This document shows, piece by piece, positions 52,130 to 64,000 of a stretch of 64,000 nt of DNA. The stretch's first letter is position 1, and every line of letters begins with the position of its first letter. A program made the translations under genes and the position numbers. The notes under the pieces were generated by a model that was not told where the DNA came from, made no database searches, and saw only the letters and a list, made by a program, of their open reading frames with translations. The stretch lies in NCBI GenBank assembly GCA_000320545.1, contig ADNK01000483.1:16832-80831 (forward strand), given 5' to 3'. This stretch comes from Bigelowiella natans CCMP2755. Lineage: Eukaryota; Protista; Cercozoa.

Positions 52130-52760
52130 GCAAGGCCGGTTGGTGCCACTTCAGCGCCTCCATCTTGTCAGCATGCTATGGAGTCTATTTGTCCGGTTGC
52201 CGTTGCATGTGGTGTGACCGAGCTTACTTTTTCCATACGCATTTGATGTTGTCGATGCATGCGCACTTGCCAGTAGCTTGATGTACTCGATATGCTTGCT
52301 GCATATATGGTACGCCAACGCAGGATTGTTAGGATGTACAGAATAGTGCACGCTGCCCCACAAAACAACTACATTAAACTCTTTGTGTCGTAGCATGCAT
52401 GCATACTAGCATGTGGCAGCGCGCATTTATTTTGGGCGTATGCCATACTCCTGCGCGGCAGCAGATGTTAGCATCGAGCTTGCTAGCTTGCACTTGTGTG
52501 AATAAATTAGCTCGCTCATTGGCTCTAGACTGACCACAACTTGTATCACATGCAAGAGCCATGCTAGCATGCTATATACATGCTATGCTAGTATGTGCGC
52601 GTGTAACAAACAACTGAGCCGGAATTCATCACCAGGTATCAGTTAAATGGCCATGGTTTATTGGATTCGCAGTAAGCGACACTAGCTTGCAGGCATCACA
52701 CGTGCCACGTGCGTGTCGCTAGCTCAACCATGCATCTTCACATGTGTTGAGTGCAGCTTT
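52130..52760. other. Palindrome- and RY-rich intergenic tract T8 (convergent junction PPR / TOP3B)
   Basis: gcatgcatgcat, gcttgctagcttgc, CATGCTAGCATG at 52560-52571, cacgtgccacgtg. Confidence 0.72.
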
Positions 52761-52849
52761 ATATTCACCTGGACAACTCCTCATGGCAAGCCAGTTTTCA
52801 TGGCAATGGTTCGGATTCGCAGTGGTTGTTACTGGATTTTCGCTGTTAT

Positions 52850-52881
52850 GATTGACACTACATTCTCACCTGTATGTTTAG

Positions 52882-52924
<43 letters not shown>

Positions 52925-53421
52925 CAGAGAACGAATTGCTGTTAGTACGACTTTGCGCTCAAACTGTTTATGCGAGAGCCCTCCTCCTCCTCCTCCTCCT
53001 CAAAAGAAAGGAGGGTGAAAGTACCTTGACAGCCATCCGCCTCCCCTTTTCCCCCCCCACACCCACTTTTACGACCATTGGGCCATCCTCATCGCCACCT
53101 GAGATTTGAGAGGTACAATAGCTGTCCTTAGTTGTTGTTGATTCTATACAGGACTTGCGTAGTGTGTTGTGTGCGGAAAAAAAAGATACCTCGGTTCCTG
53201 CCCCCTTTCCGCCTTCTTCCGCCTTTCCGACGGCCCCCCTTTCTCCTGCCCATTCTCGCCTGGATAAAAGAGATGGGATGAGACCGGTGATGAAACGAAC
53301 TGATAGCGGCCTATCTATGATGGCATAGTAGCACCATCCTCGCACAGCAAAATCGATGACTGACAACCTTTATATAAGAGATTTGCCAATTTATGTTTCG
53401 AATAAATACATATTAATATCT

Positions 53422-53482
<61 letters not shown>

Positions 53483-55804
53483 TCAAAGTCCGGCCTATTC
53501 CAGGTGTAACCTTTGTCAAGCGGCCTTTGACAACTTCGGTGGTGTTGTTCAGCATTGGGTCGCAGGCAAGGCACCCCTTCCTTTTTTTTATAGAGGAGGA
53601 GAACGAGAAGGGAGGAGAGCTTGAGTGGTGGCAATACCATGCACGTTTCTCTCCCCCCCCCCTCCCTTTCTCTCTATCTATATAAATTAACATATATACA
53701 TATATAAATATAATATCATCACATAGGCACACGTAGAGAGACAGAAAGAGAGAGAGAGAGAGAAGGAGAACAGCGGTTTATGCCTACACGTATCTCTCAG
53801 TGATGGCTTGTTGGATGTGTTTGACCGCTGTGGCTCCTTACCTATTGCTTTCTCCATTTGGAAGGGGACTGTTATTCCTATGAGGAACAAGAAAAGGAAA
53901 CAAATCAGGGGGCGATAGAAGATACCATGAAGAACCACGATCTACATATCTCCCGTTATTATTCTCTTTCATGGGTGCTCTCCATATCCTCCCCCCCCCC
54001 CCCCTTCGCTTCCTATAATCGCCGATCCATCTCCCCCCCCCCTTCACGCAGCAAGGATACTTTGGGTAGTCCACGGATACAAATCGTGCCTTACACGTCC
54101 CGCACTTCGTCTGCTCCGCAATTGAATTGGAAGGGGATGGAGTTCAGCGAGATTAGGGTATATGAATTATGGTCGCGGCACCGCCTTCCACACATCACCG
54201 TTGCTACATGCGAGTTGCGATAAGAGGCCGTACGAGCCCATCCCCCCCCCGTCGTATCTGTCACACATCTTACTGACCCACCGCATCACTGTCTGCCACT
54301 ACCTATTACCATCTCCTGCCCTCCTGCAAACCTACCTATCTACCTGCCTACCTACCTTGAGCAGCTTGACTTTGTTAGCCCCTTCCGCAAATTTTATCAG
54401 TCGGTCGCAGCGATTGCACACGACTGGCGTGCGAGCGCGTATAGAGAAAGGGAAGAAGCAAAAAAGGTTAGAAGACCGGCGAGAGAATGGCAGGAATCTC
54501 TCTCCGTAAACATCATGAAACGGACGTGGTTGTATAAGGAAGGCTACGAGGTGAATGAAAGATGCCGGTGAGTACGCTCATCACACATGCGAAGCTTGGT
54601 TCTCCCCTCCTTCTCCCATTTCCCTGCTACTGTGCTGCAAACAGCATCCACGGAGTCATCACCATCATCATCATTATCTGCCCCCCCCCCCCCCCGTCAT
54701 TATCATCAGCATCGTGACTTACTCTTCCAGATCGGCCTACTCGTCGGATCGAACACCAGAGTTCCCTGCTCAATAACGGGCCACACGACACAACAACGCA
54801 ACACAAGGCAAACAGCGCTTACAGAGGACAACACACGCACACGCGCAACACGCTTCTGACTCCATCGGCGAGCTCCATAATCAGCGATACGAACATAACG
54901 CAACATCGGCGCGCTCTCCTCCAGAACAGCAGCTACACAATAATCGTGCCTGCCACCTTCCTGCAGTAGGGACAGAGGCACATCCCCAGATTCACCGCGC
55001 TCTGCGGACACGATGGGTGCCTAGCCGCCGCGCACCAAAAAGATACACCCACCATTTGTCACAGAACAGCTCAGGTTAGATGGGGAACGGCAGTTGTTGA
55101 AGTAAAGGAAGGTGAAACAGCACGCGAGCACATTATACGTTGCGTTAAATGGACTGTTACCTGCACTGGACGCACGACATCCCGTTGGCCGACTAACCAG
55201 GAAGGAACACATCATCCGCATCAGGACGCGTAAACGCCTCAGACACATACCAGCCAACACTCGGCGCCGCATAGATATGCGTCTTTTACACGCTAGCATG
55301 TGTGGAGATAAAATACTTGAGGAGTAGGAGGAGGAGGAGGAGGAGGAGGAGGAGGAGGGAGGGAGGGGGAGTGCAACACCTTGGCTTGGTTTACGATGGC
55401 CAGGTCCTCAAACGGAGGGTGATTGTAGCAGTATGGACAAAGCGTGTATCTGAAAGATAGTACCAAGGTAACGTCGTGGTGTCAGAAGACAGATTGTCGC
55501 AGAGGGGGGGAACCGACGGGATGCAGAGCATTCCAGGCCCACCATCGATACTGCTTTTAGCTACGCAAGCGTTAAGAAGGGACGAAATCTCATCAATATG
55601 AATGTGCATGTGTGTGTGTGTGCGCGCGTGCGCGTATGTGTATACACGTACGAGATTCCGTTCGCGCCACCCGCCTTAAATATGAGAATTTCAAATCCTG
55701 CCCACAGGTTGTTGTCGTTGTATTATTACGCGTGCAAATAGAATCGTCAGGAGTGGATAAATGGCGAATTTATGCTGCAACACTGCCTTTGGCACTCGAG
55801 GTCG

Positions 55805-55864
<60 letters not shown>

Positions 55865-55955
55865 TTCTCTCTCTTATGCCGAATGCAGTATTGTTGCTAC
55901 CGTCGAACGGACACTCAGACCCGAATATCTTAATCGTCCCCCCCTAAGGAGAGTA

Positions 55956-55991
<36 letters not shown>

Positions 55992-56338
55992 TATGGTTGT
56001 CAGTATATCTGATAGCTAATCTACAGAGCCCACAAAACTCATAGAACAGGGTGTACCCATCGATCTACTCATCCTCATGTTTGTTGCTGTGGTCATCAGT
56101 GCTCTGTGCGTGCTTTCCCCTTTTTCGTCTCCTCTCGTCTCCTCTCTTCTTCTTCCCATCTCTTTCTTGCTCTGTATCTGATCTCCTATATTACCGGCGG
56201 TAGGTTGTACGTGACGTCACACCTTCCACATGTAAGGGTTGGGGGCCGAACCCCTACAGTACGATAATACGATAACACGTTCAAATAGGAAGATTTTCGT
56301 CGCAGCTCTTACCTGCTACTACTGCTACTACCTACTAC

Positions 56339-56370
<32 letters not shown>

Positions 56371-57381
56371 GTAACTACTACTCGTACAAATATATGCACA
56401 AAATGCAGCAGTAGCAGCAGCAGTAGCAGCAGCACCACCGCCACCTGGATTAAACAGCATCCACCGCTTACACGTCCCACACTTTGACAGGTCGCTGAGC
56501 GGTTGCAGCAGCAGCAGCAGGGAAAATACGGAGACAACGATTTCATTTATATTCAGTAATAGACGTGTTGCGACAAAGAGAAGAAAGGAGGGGGAGAAAG
56601 AGAGAGAGGGGAGGAGAAACAAATCGCGACGAACGGGAGAACAGGCAGATAATGTAAGTGAGAAGGAGAGAGAGAGGCAATCAATCATGCTGCATGGGAC
56701 TACTGCCCGACCGCTTGTTCACTCCCTTGTTCTCCGAAGCAAACCTCGCCTCAAACAGAGTCTGATGATTACGTGTTGTCAGGGAGGGGGCGGCGAGGAG
56801 AGGGACACAGCATCAACCCAACAGCGCGCGCAGCTGGTGATAGGGGGGTGATCAACGGGAAACAATATGTAGCAGGGCATGAACGGACCCGGAGAACTTC
56901 GGAGTTCTTCTGGAAGTATCTGAATTTTTCACGGAAGAGACGGAGGCAATGCAGCAGCACGTCTTGGTAGCCCAGCTTAGCCTAGTATTCAGATGTGGTG
57001 AGGGTGGCGGTGAATCGGCGTAGGAACGCTAGCAGTCATAGCCGTAGTTCAGCGTATATTTCCCGCCCGAAAACGATGAAATCACCAAAAAGCAGGAGGA
57101 GGGGGAGGCGGAATTCGCAAGTTTGATAGAAGAAGGCATAAGGCGAGGGGTTGTTCAGGATCATCACCATCACCATCATCATCATCATCATCACCGTCAT
57201 TAATAACAGAAACAGCAATAGCATCAGCATGAACCAAACAGCAACTAGGAGCACTGCAGCAAGCAACCTCCGCAATCAAGGATAGTTGTTTCTCAACATT
57301 GGCCTGCAAAATAGATACGCACACAACGTGGCGCAGCAATATATCATCACAAAAGATTAATGCCTAATTATCACCTTTCCT

Positions 57382-57425
<44 letters not shown>

Positions 57426-57435
57426 CCCCCCCACC

Positions 57436-57466
<31 letters not shown>

Positions 57467-59004
57467 GGTGGGGGCGTGGTGTGTTCCACATCCCCCCACC
57501 CGCATATCTGCATCGATGAGCTCGGTGTCAATGCGCTTATAGCCATGTGCGAGAACAACACCTTGAAGCGCAAAAAACAGCAAAGGGCGAAAAGGAATGG
57601 AGGTTGATGATGAGTCTAGGCAAGCAAGCAAAGGAAAATGATGACGAGTGTGTTGACACAAGCAATAGAAGAAGAAAAAGGAGGAGGAGGAGGAGGAGGA
57701 GGAGGAGGAGGAGAACATGAAGCAAAGGGAAAGAGAAGACACACACGTCTAGCCAACCGACCTAGGGTGCTCGGAGCCAGCCTCCTTCCCTGTTCCAGAC
57801 ATAATGAGCACGTGATTTCTCTCAAAAAGGTGAAAGGAAGCTAGGTTGCAGTAGTGTTGGGGTCGGAAGGTTTCTCACCATTATCATCACCACCATCATC
57901 ATCATCGTCATCATCACCATCAGCATCATCATCGTTGTTTACATCGCCCAGCAGCTGGATGGTTTGCTACTATGGCTACTACGCGACTACGAGATGACCG
58001 CTTGAAGCCTGACGTATCCGCGATCACACAGGGACTTAATGTGCGTGGGTATGGATGCGTCCGTGCCTGCGACGTTGATGTATAGGATCCCATGCACGCA
58101 TGCGCGGCGACGACAACCGGTATGAGCAGGAGGAAGAAAAGAAGGGATAACAAGCACAGAAATTATTGCCTACACACGCCGACGGGTACACTGCCTCCCC
58201 CCCCTCTCTGTTCGTTGCTATTCGAGGAAAACGGAAGGTTAGATGGGGCATGCACGTATAGCGACCGATCCCGTGTTTCTCCATTTGATCGATGAGTTCG
58301 GCCTCGGTGAGGAGCTGCGGCGGGCTCTGGGATACGAACAACATGACGTGTACAGTAACGTGAGCGTTATTCATTATCATTATCATCGTCATCATCGTCA
58401 TCATTATCACGTCCGTTGTCGCCATACAACATACCGTCAGCCCTTCCTTGATCTCAAGTCTTAACAGTTTGTACGTTTCCCCTGCCTCTTTGAAATCGTG
58501 CGGCAGCCGCACCTCTTCGGGCCTCAGCCTGTAGTAGTAGTAGTAGTAGTAGTAGTAGCAGCAGTAGTTTTGCAGAATTATTGGGATTATAGTGATATAT
58601 CCATCTTTCTTTGCACTCCAGGAAGAAGAATAAATAATCATGGTAGGTGTAGGCACTAGTGACTACCACCACCCCCACCACCACCACCATCATCATCATA
58701 AGCAGCAGCAGCAACAACAACACCTAACATTCATTCTTATGGTATTCATTTATTCTCTTCTTTCTCTCCCCCCCCCCTCTCTCTCCCCTATTCTGCTGTA
58801 GCATATTTCTGTTATTCGACGACCATTCCATAGCTGCGGTGAACCCTGGATCGATGACCTCTACTGCCCTGGCGGTAAACATCTCGGCGCCCGCTTTTAA
58901 CTCCACTCTATGTGTGTGCGTATGTGTGTGTGGTTTGGTCAGTGATGATCATGGAACATTCGTCCGAGGGGTAGGGGGAGTGGAAAGATGCGACTTTCCG
59001 CACG

Positions 59005-59049
<45 letters not shown>

Positions 59050-59860
59050 TCGAAAACGTGACCGTCTCGATTTTCAATATCATCCTCATCATCGTCGGCA
59101 TCATCATCATCATCATCTTCTTCTTCTTCTTCTCCTTCTGCTCCCCAAATTCAAAGTCAGTACGTCGTGCCGCGCAGCTTGCAGTCGGGCATAAGCGAGG
59201 CGATGAAATGCCGGGAGATGTAGTCGTAGATCTGGAGTTTGACGGCAAGTAGTTTATCGTTATCGTGGCACGAAACGCAGGTGCTACAGAAGGAAATTTC
59301 ACTATTCACTGTTGCTACTACTAATAAATCATCACCTGCCATTCTCGCCCACCTAGGGTTTCTCTCCCTGAAAAAAGGATGAGATGGTATACATCAGTCT
59401 CGCGTTCGCACACACACACACACACACTCACTTGCGGGGAGAAAGAGAGGGAGATGGGGGGGTAGAGAGAGAGGATAACAAAATACACGTGCATTCACGC
59501 GCATCCGCACGGTGTTTGCTGTGAGTCAATCATCGCATATATGCCAAGAGGCGTGTCAGTTAGTCAGTGGATTGTGGACGCACCCACGCAGCGAACAGGT
59601 GTGATCGGAGGGTGGTCCCCAGCATCGACTCCTCCCCTAGATGATGATGATGATAATGATGATGATGATGGTGATGACGATGATGATGATAATGGTGATG
59701 ATGATAGCGATAGTGATGATAATGATAGTGATAATAATGATAATGATGAGTATAAAATGCCGACGAAGAAGAATGGAGAAGGGCCAATGGAAAATATCAA
59801 ACACCTCACGCATGCGATGATGAATATGGGCTGGTACCATGTCCTCTCACTCACATCATC

Positions 59861-59894
<34 letters not shown>

Positions 59895-60584
59895 AGTGCA
59901 CGCGCGCGACTACAGACGAGAATTTTTTGACAGAGGGAGCGAATATCGGATTTCCTTCGCGGCCCTCTCTCCACCTCCCCATCATCATCATCGTCATCAT
60001 CATCATCATCATCATCACCATCATCACAACCGCTACAGCGATTTCCATTAACTGGTAGATGATCATCATCGTCGTCATCATCTCTTATTACCTGGCCTTT
60101 GGTCTGCGACCGCTCTGCATGATGCCCTCCGCACAAAAACCCCACTCTGGATGCGAGACATGAGCGCTCACCAGCCCCATCACATCGAAGTTCCTGGTGG
60201 GGGGTGAAAAATTTGGTTTTTTTTTTGGGGGGGGGGGGGGAAGGAAGTGCATATGGAGAAGAACGAGGCGTAAATGGACGCCTTTGAGCAGAGAGCTTGT
60301 CACCGAAGTTAGAGTCTTTTATTGTGCATTTGAACCGGTGTTTTTCAATTATTTATTTGTCTATGTATATGTGTATGTGTGTGTGTGTGTGTTTGTGTGT
60401 GCACATAGGCCCAACTTTGCATATGCCGTCGTCTCTGTGCGCGGGTAGGAAATATAGCCTGTATTGACACACATAAACATAATTAAAATAAAAATAATTG
60501 TGTAGTATTATTGCATGTGTGGGCAAATATATTGCTGTAAAGGACTTACCGCTTGTGTATAGGTGTTCAGCCTGATCATAAGAT

Positions 60585-60623
<39 letters not shown>

Positions 60624-60903
60624 TTTGAATATATGGATAAATCTCTCAAAACAAGATAACTAGAGAGAGAGAGAGAGATAGACTAAGAGAAAGAGACAGT
60701 TTACACAAACGAGAATATACAGGCACGCATATTGTGCTTCATGGTCGTCGTCGTCGTTCTTCCGCCATGTGGAATCACCCACCGTTCTCATTGCCTCGTG
60801 GGGAGAAAATCCAAGCCCTTTCGATGCAGCCTAGGGTGAAGGAGCAGGAGGAGGCGAGCGACAACGAAGCGACAGTAGCTCATCACGAATTGTAACAACA
60901 CAC

Positions 60904-60964
<61 letters not shown>

Positions 60965-61117
60965 GACAATGATGAACAATGTGCGCTCCTGCAATATCTA
61001 AATTTCATCCTGTTTGAAGAACTCAACAACACGTGCACTCCCCCTCCCCCCCCCCTCCCCTCGCCCACAACCCCAAGGACACATTAAAAACGGCGGGTGG
61101 ACAATCATGCCTGCGGT

Positions 61118-61151
<34 letters not shown>

Positions 61152-61699
61152 CCTTTAAAAGCGACACCGTGTTGAGAGGCAGAGGACGCCCCACGAATCT
61201 TTCAGACGTCTTCATTAGTAGCAGGGGGAGTGGGGTGGGGGCAAGAAGGAGGGCTGTGTTGTTAGCTGCATTTGATTCAATCCGACGCAAAGCTCCCCTC
61301 CCCTCCCCCCCCCACACACACTTACGATTACTCTTTTTTGTGTGATCGCGACTCGTAGCACTGTTACTTCTATTTTGCTTCTACAGAGAGAATTCATATA
61401 ACTACTAATATTTATGTTCATCACGGGTAAAAAAATAGAGGGTTCTCTCCGCCTCCTCCGCCTCCTCTTCCTCCTCTCTTGTTGCGGCAGGGCTTTGTCT
61501 GTCGTCGCGGGAGGAGGAGAATGAAGTCTGCCTTGCTTCTCAATAGCGCTGCTGGCTGGCTTGGGAACACATCACTCTACTACTACTTCTTCTTCTTGTT
61601 GTTCTTCTTCTTCCAAATCAATAGTAGTGTAGTACCTCGATGCGAGACACCACCACCTGACAGCAGAAGTGGGAATAATAGATGTTACAAAGGTGCGGT

Positions 61700-61756
<57 letters not shown>

Positions 61757-62420
61757 TTGATACTACATTGCACCTTTTTCTCTCTATTCCCCCGCCCCCA
61801 CCGCTCTTCACATGTTTTCCACGCACAGACGCACATGCACACACGCTATACCTGAGACTTTGAATCGAGAAGTGCCTTCGCCTGCAGCATCTCCACGACC
61901 TGATGGCGTTGTTCTATTATTAGATCACTGACGGCCCCGACTTCCTTCTGCAGCAACGTTTCGCAATGTATTGAATGCTCGCTCCAAGCCCACACAAAAT
62001 ATGTTGAAAGAAGACCCCCCCCCCCCCCCCCTTCCCCATTGTCATTTTCCCACATCGTCTTTCTGTGGCTTCTCGCCGTCGATCGTCGATGTGACCCTCC
62101 CCCCCCAAATTCATTCATTGTTCTAAACTGGCATAACCATCGTGGAGACGTATGCCACGGTCACGATTAATGACAATTGTCATCTCCATCTCCATCTCCA
62201 TCATCATCATCATCATCATCATAATGTTTACCATTCCTATCAAAATCAACATCATCATCCTCGACGATATTTGCTTGCCTGCTTATTGAAGATGCGGTTT
62301 CGGCCCCACTCCCATTCAGCGGTTGAGGCGATGACAGTCGGTTCACCCTCCTGTATCAGAAAGAGGGGGTGGGAGAGAGAAAGAAGAGGGGGTGGGAGAG
62401 AGGAAGAGGGGCGCAGAGCG

Positions 62421-62451
<31 letters not shown>

Positions 62452-63099
62452 AGGGAAGAGAGAGTCAAAATGAGAAAGCGAACCCGACTATGTAGATCTA
62501 GGTGCGGTGGCGGAGGCGAGGTATAATTAAAATTGGAGAAACGAAAGAAAGCAGGACAATTGCCGTCGTCGGTGTCATCGATCATCAATCAACCGTTGAC
62601 GTTTGCTCCCTGTTCGTACGATATGACTCCCTTTTCGTCCATCATCGCAATCATCACCACCACCACCACCACCACCATCACCTTCCTTATCACTGGGGGC
62701 TGGAAGGGGAACACGGGCTTGGCTTTCAGCCTCCAGAACGTTTCCGGAATAAACCCTTCGATCACGTCGTGCCTGTCCATGATACAATGTGGCGGTGATC
62801 GGCCCGGCGGGGGGGGGGAAGATGTAGATCTAATGCGCTGATGCATGGGTTGGAAAGTGAAGAAAATGAGGAAGGGGGGGAGGAAGGTGGCACGGGGGCA
62901 GGCAGCGCGAGAGAAGGGTATGGTTTTTCCTCTTCTTCTTCTTCGTCGTCCTTTACACGCGCACAATCTCTAAGACCTTTGCACGCAGAGCCCCAAGGTA
63001 GGCGTTTGGCAGGGACCGAACGATATCGTCTTTGTTTATTCATTTGTGGGCACAACATTGTATGGTATGGCGTGGACATGATGACGGTAGCGAGAGGTG

Positions 63100-63140
<41 letters not shown>

Positions 63141-63884
63141 GTTTGGACAGTGTGCGTCGTACATTATATGCAAAAACTCAACCCACACCTTGGCCGAGAG
63201 GGAGGGAAACCTATTCCGCAGAAACACGCTTTGATACCGCGTGAATGCGACCTGCGCGTAGCGTGGGGAGGGATGACTCCGATAATGGTAATTGTGATAG
63301 AGACAGAAGATACTAACAGTAGGGCTGTTGTTGTTGTTGTTGCTTTTTGTAGATGATGATTGATGATGATGATGATGATGATGATGGCTGATCATCCTGG
63401 CTACTATGACCGAACATAAGAAAGCAGATGGTAGCAGCGTGTGCTGCTCGCTTTGAAAAATCTCCCACCTACCCCCATTTTGAGGTCCAAGATCTGCCTT
63501 GCATCGACGGCGCGCGACACGTGGCTGTTTGGTAGCGCCAGCCCTACCAAAAAGAAGGCTTTTTCTGATTAGTTTACGACTGCTACCAAAGGGCCATGAA
63601 GGGCACATCCAACTACAATTCAACAACAACAACAACAACAACAACAAAAAGTTCTACTAACTACAACTACTACTACTACTAATACTACGGTGTTGCTGTT
63701 TAGTAGTTAGATAAGAGCAAGAGCAGCAAGCAGCACGACCTCCCTCTGTTCCTGGCCTCGACAGAGCTTTCTTGAGATCAATGGGGGCAAGAGACGAAAA
63801 TACGGCCCGATATACGCGCTGGGGGAAGTGGTATCATAGTAGTAGTAGTAGTAGTAGTAGTAGTGAGGGTGGAGGACAAAAGCA

Positions 63885-63939
<55 letters not shown>

Positions 63940-64000
63940 CGAACGAGAGACAGAGAAAGAAGAAGCCCGAGTTTTAAATTTGGTTCGAATCAAAGCTCTT
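52850..64000 (-). CDS. TOP3B: DNA topoisomerase III beta (3' two-thirds; 5' end lies beyond the window)
   Basis: Active-site exon GYISYPRTETTAY. Other exons give GVDAGDHPPITP, IYDYISRHFIASL, LTEAELIDQMEKHGIG/TDASIPTHI, GRRLAPSTLG/VVLAHGYKRID, zinc-ribbon exons (KCGTCKRWM, GTLVFDPTS, GCLACDP) and an RG-rich tail. The stop position is approximate. Confidence 0.93.

Larger units (their letters stand above)
32450..64000. repeat. Microsatellite-saturated domain B (introns of the coiled-coil, sulfotransferase, PPR and TOP3B genes), interrupted by the clean tracts T6-T8 and promoter regions
   Basis: Nearly every intron carries di- or tri-nucleotide or homopolymer runs. Confidence 0.85.

Noticed and set aside
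3620-52760. T tracts as CRISPR arrays, satellites or Helitrons
   Set aside because: There is no fixed repeat-spacer period, no alignable unit between tracts by eye, and no transposase or Rep/helicase ORF. The context is eukaryotic.
17830-64000. Hundreds of short ORFs with poly-L/I/M/C/Y/H runs in the ORF track
   Set aside because: They are translations of intronic microsatellites or off-frame and antisense exons, not genes.
1-64000. Alternative genetic code suggested by the TGA at 40340 and the TAA in the ubiquitin locus
   Set aside because: Long exons (COG3, INTS9, UGDH) have no internal stops, and TAA, TAG and TGA all appear as terminal stops in the models.
1-64000. tRNA, rRNA or snRNA genes
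   Set aside because: None recognised by eye; tRNAscan-SE or Infernal would be needed to exclude them.

Overview
Eukaryotic nuclear DNA using the standard genetic code, with GT-AG introns. It is probably from a rhizarian, chlorarachniophyte-like protist; this is inferred mainly from an extra Ser at a ubiquitin-ubiquitin junction. I read about 16 genes by splicing exons by hand: a Cys/Trp-repeat membrane protein (partial), dynein light chain LC1/DNAL1, a GT8 glycosyltransferase, a dually acylated ADF/cofilin-like protein, UGDH, an F-box protein, INTS9, a degenerate UPF1-like SF1 helicase, a tandem-ubiquitin pseudogene, COG3, a small TM protein, a secreted coiled-coil protein, an Stf0-like sulfotransferase with an in-frame TGA, UBC9, a PPR+RRM protein and TOP3B (partial). 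The most striking signal is architectural. Genes alternate strand at 14 of 15 junctions, forming head-to-head pairs around short divergent promoters. Every pair is bounded on the 3' side by a 0.4-1.3 kb tract rich in purine/pyrimidine alternation and short palindromes, with a recurrent CATGCTAGCATG. A second layer is that the long genes have introns flooded with microsatellites, often G-rich near the 5' end and C-rich near the 3' end and sometimes exactly complementary, while the short genes are nearly clean. Gene ends and tract limits are by-eye estimates. No searches or statistics were run apart from simple arithmetic.
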